In this document: positions 61,901 to 64,000 of the stretch, in pieces | Position numbering within the stretch: the stretch's first letter is position 1 | How the letters are laid out: each line of letters opens with the position of its first letter | Source: Rhizaria sp. SCN 62-66 | Taxonomy: Eukaryota | Assembly (NCBI GenBank): GCA_001724265.1 | Contig: MEDY01000122.1 | Location: forward strand, 1 to 64,000 | DNA: 64,000 nt | Reading direction: 5' to 3' | Program-made: the position numbers and the translations under genes | Notes under the pieces: generated by a model | Database searches by the model: none | Told to the model about the DNA's origin: nothing | The model's input: the letters and a program-made list of their open reading frames with translations, nothing else

Positions 61901-63556
61901 CAGGACCAGGAGGCTGAGGCTGAGTCTGAGGATGAGGCCGTGCTGGCGCTGGTGCAGTCGTCGGCGTTGTCCAGGTCGCGTCGGTCGCTGCTGATGTCCG
62001 AGCAGCAGCGCGCTGACATGGAGGCCGAGGCCGCCGCCGCCGCTGCCGCCGCCGTCGCCGCCGTCAAGGCCCGGGCGCAGCAGGCGCAGGCTCAGTCTCG
62101 CGCTCATGCCCAGGCCCAACAGCAGCAGCAGCAGGATTACGCCGACTATGACGATGAGGAAGATGCCGGCAGCGAGGCCGAGGCCGAGGCGGCGCTGCGG
62201 GCCCGCGAGGCCAACCGTGACAGCTACCTGGACCAGCTTATGGTGTCACCCCGCAGCCACCACACTGGCGGCGGCCGCCACGGCCACCACAACAACAGCG
62301 GCAGATACTACAACAACAACGACGACGACGACGACGCTGACCAGGACGGCGACTGCGACGAGAACGACGTGAATGCCCACTTACACGATGTAAGTATCAG
62401 CGGGCTCGACGACAGCTCGGTCGATCCGGACACCGTGATCTCATTCGCCAACGCCATCGCAGACGCGATGAAGGCCATCACCAACACCGCCGCCACCAAC
62501 AACAGCAACGGCAGAAACAGCGGCAACGCCGGCTCTAGAGCCAGCGCCAGAAACCCGTCCGCCAAGGCCAACGCTCCCGCTGCGACTACCCGGGCGAACG
62601 CAGCCTCCGTCAAACTTGCCGCTGCTACTGGCGCTGGCTCTAGCGCTGCTGGCAAGAGCGCGAGCGCCCGGGCGGCGGCCGTTGCGGCGCGGCAGCAGCA
62701 GCAGCAGGCTTTGATCAAGGCCAACAAGCAGAAGGCCGGCGCCGGCGCCCCTGCGGCCCCCGCGGCGGCAGCCGCTGCTGCCCCCGCTGGCGCCGGCCCC
62801 AGCATGCTGACCGCGGAGCAGAAGCGTGCAATGATGATTGTCCGCAACGCACTCAGCCCCCGCCCCAATAACAACAGCGGCAACAGCAGCAGTGGCAGTG
62901 GCAGTGGCAATGCGAGTGCGGGCGTGCCTCGCGTGGCCAATCTCGCCAGCACGCGCACTGCGGCGGTGCAGCACACGCACAACGCCCACGCCGCTAGCAG
63001 CAGCAACGGCAACATCAACGGCAGCAGCACTGGCGCTGGCACTCCGTACAAGTCGCCGCTGATGCGCCCCGCCTCGGGCAACACACACGGCTCGCCGGCG
63101 CCCGCCTACAGCAGCAGCAGCGGCAGCGGCGGTAGTAACAGCAACGTCAGCGCTGTTGCGAGCCGCAGTGCTGCCCTGGCCGCGGGCCGCAGCGCCAACG
63201 CAGGCGCCGCGAACGGCAACGCGCGTGTGGTGCCGTTGTCGTTCAACGGCAACAACAGCGCTGCCTCGGCTAGCGCGAGCAGCAACAGCCGTCTTAAATC
63301 CCCTGCACCGGCGCCTGCCACCGCCGGTGTTGGCAGCAGCTCGAGTGCGGGCGCCGTCAAGTCCCCGCTGCTGGCGGCTATGCGCGCGGCCAAGAAGGAG
63401 CCGGGCAATCCTCAGCAGCAGCAACAACAGCAGCAACAGCAAGGCGGCAATGTGCGCCGTATGGGTGGCACTGGCCTCACGGCGAGCTATCAAGAGTTGG
63501 AGGCGCAGCTGAGGGGCGCGGGGCACCTCGATCTTGGCCCTCCCCCACAGAAGTAA
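43966..63556 (+). CDS. FRY: Furry / Tao3(Pag1) / Mor2 family scaffold protein (~6,160 aa); exons 43966-44155, 44391-45100, 45307-45831, 46034-46946, 47119-47547, 47715-54723, 54844-63556
   Basis: Six phase-consistent introns give one frame. Blocks KKKNDWLVALPTLTALICASPRENF, ALRCAQRVVFVYL, VGLRAL, KLGDASYSVRSMALRLLPLLE, SRRLAGKFSHLALPLLQEVAVRI and LLEYTRPWLQHIVL resemble conserved Furry-family segments in the expected order. Confidence 0.85.
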
Positions 63557-64000
63557 GGGCGGAGACACTTGAGTATAATGTTTAAGAAGTACACGTACTT
63601 CATCATCATCATTTGCTTTGCGGCTCGCGAGTCCTTTGAATTTGTTTTGTTTATAGTTTTGTTTGATAATACGTTTACAAAAAGCGAGATGCAAGCTGTC
63701 GATAATACGATTATATAATCTTGAGGAATAAGACACATCGACGATGATCTCGAAAAGAAAGATTATGATGATGGCGAAGTTTGATTATTATGATAATGAT
63801 GACAGATCGTTTGTTGCATCAATATGAGAAAAGAAGAGAATTAACATGTAAAAATACAGTTCTATTGTTTACGACGTTAAAAAAATTGTTCAGAGGGCGT
63901 GAAGGTACGCTAAGAAAATGAAAATAAATCTATGTATTGTGTGATATTTAAGTAAACAAGTCAAGCACGTTACTGTCCTTGCAGCAACGATTCTATGTAA

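Noticed and set aside
57188-62119. Long antisense and alternate-frame ORFs (e.g. 627 aa and 726 aa on minus; many others window-wide)
   Set aside because: Shadows of GC-rich, triplet-repetitive coding sequence; no recognisable domains.
6146-63556. Cell-cycle/cytoskeleton gene cluster (HDAC, TBCC, kinesin, cullin, Furry)
   Set aside because: Broad categories that are common in any eukaryotic genome; cannot be distinguished from chance without synteny data.

Overview
Gene-dense nuclear DNA of a microbial eukaryote, with GC-rich exons full of poly-Ala/Ser/Asn/Gln tracts and 21 short AT-rich GT-AG introns (117-235 nt; 19 of 21 donors are GTRCGY). I reconstructed ten protein genes by hand: a partial low-complexity/polyQ gene, a nucleoside hydrolase, a class II HDAC, tubulin cofactor C, a disordered RVxF protein, a coiled-coil/PDZ/Raw-like fusion, a CH-domain kinesin-14, a divergent cullin, a TSP1/EGF membrane protein and a ~6,160-aa Furry. 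The most unusual element is a cluster at 4.9-5.8 kb of three intact copies and one collapsed copy of a ~145-nt tRNA-like RNA gene. These have near-identical tRNA arms in a non-standard 6+6 acceptor/T fold, and the anticodon loop is replaced by a 77-80 nt two-hairpin domain whose sequence varies while its pairing is conserved. Two genes also carry a single in-frame TAG while none of nine complete genes ends in TAG, and a TAAGTACCC / TAAG-CTTA DNA motif recurs inside unrelated coding exons. All family assignments rest on recognised motifs; no database search was run.
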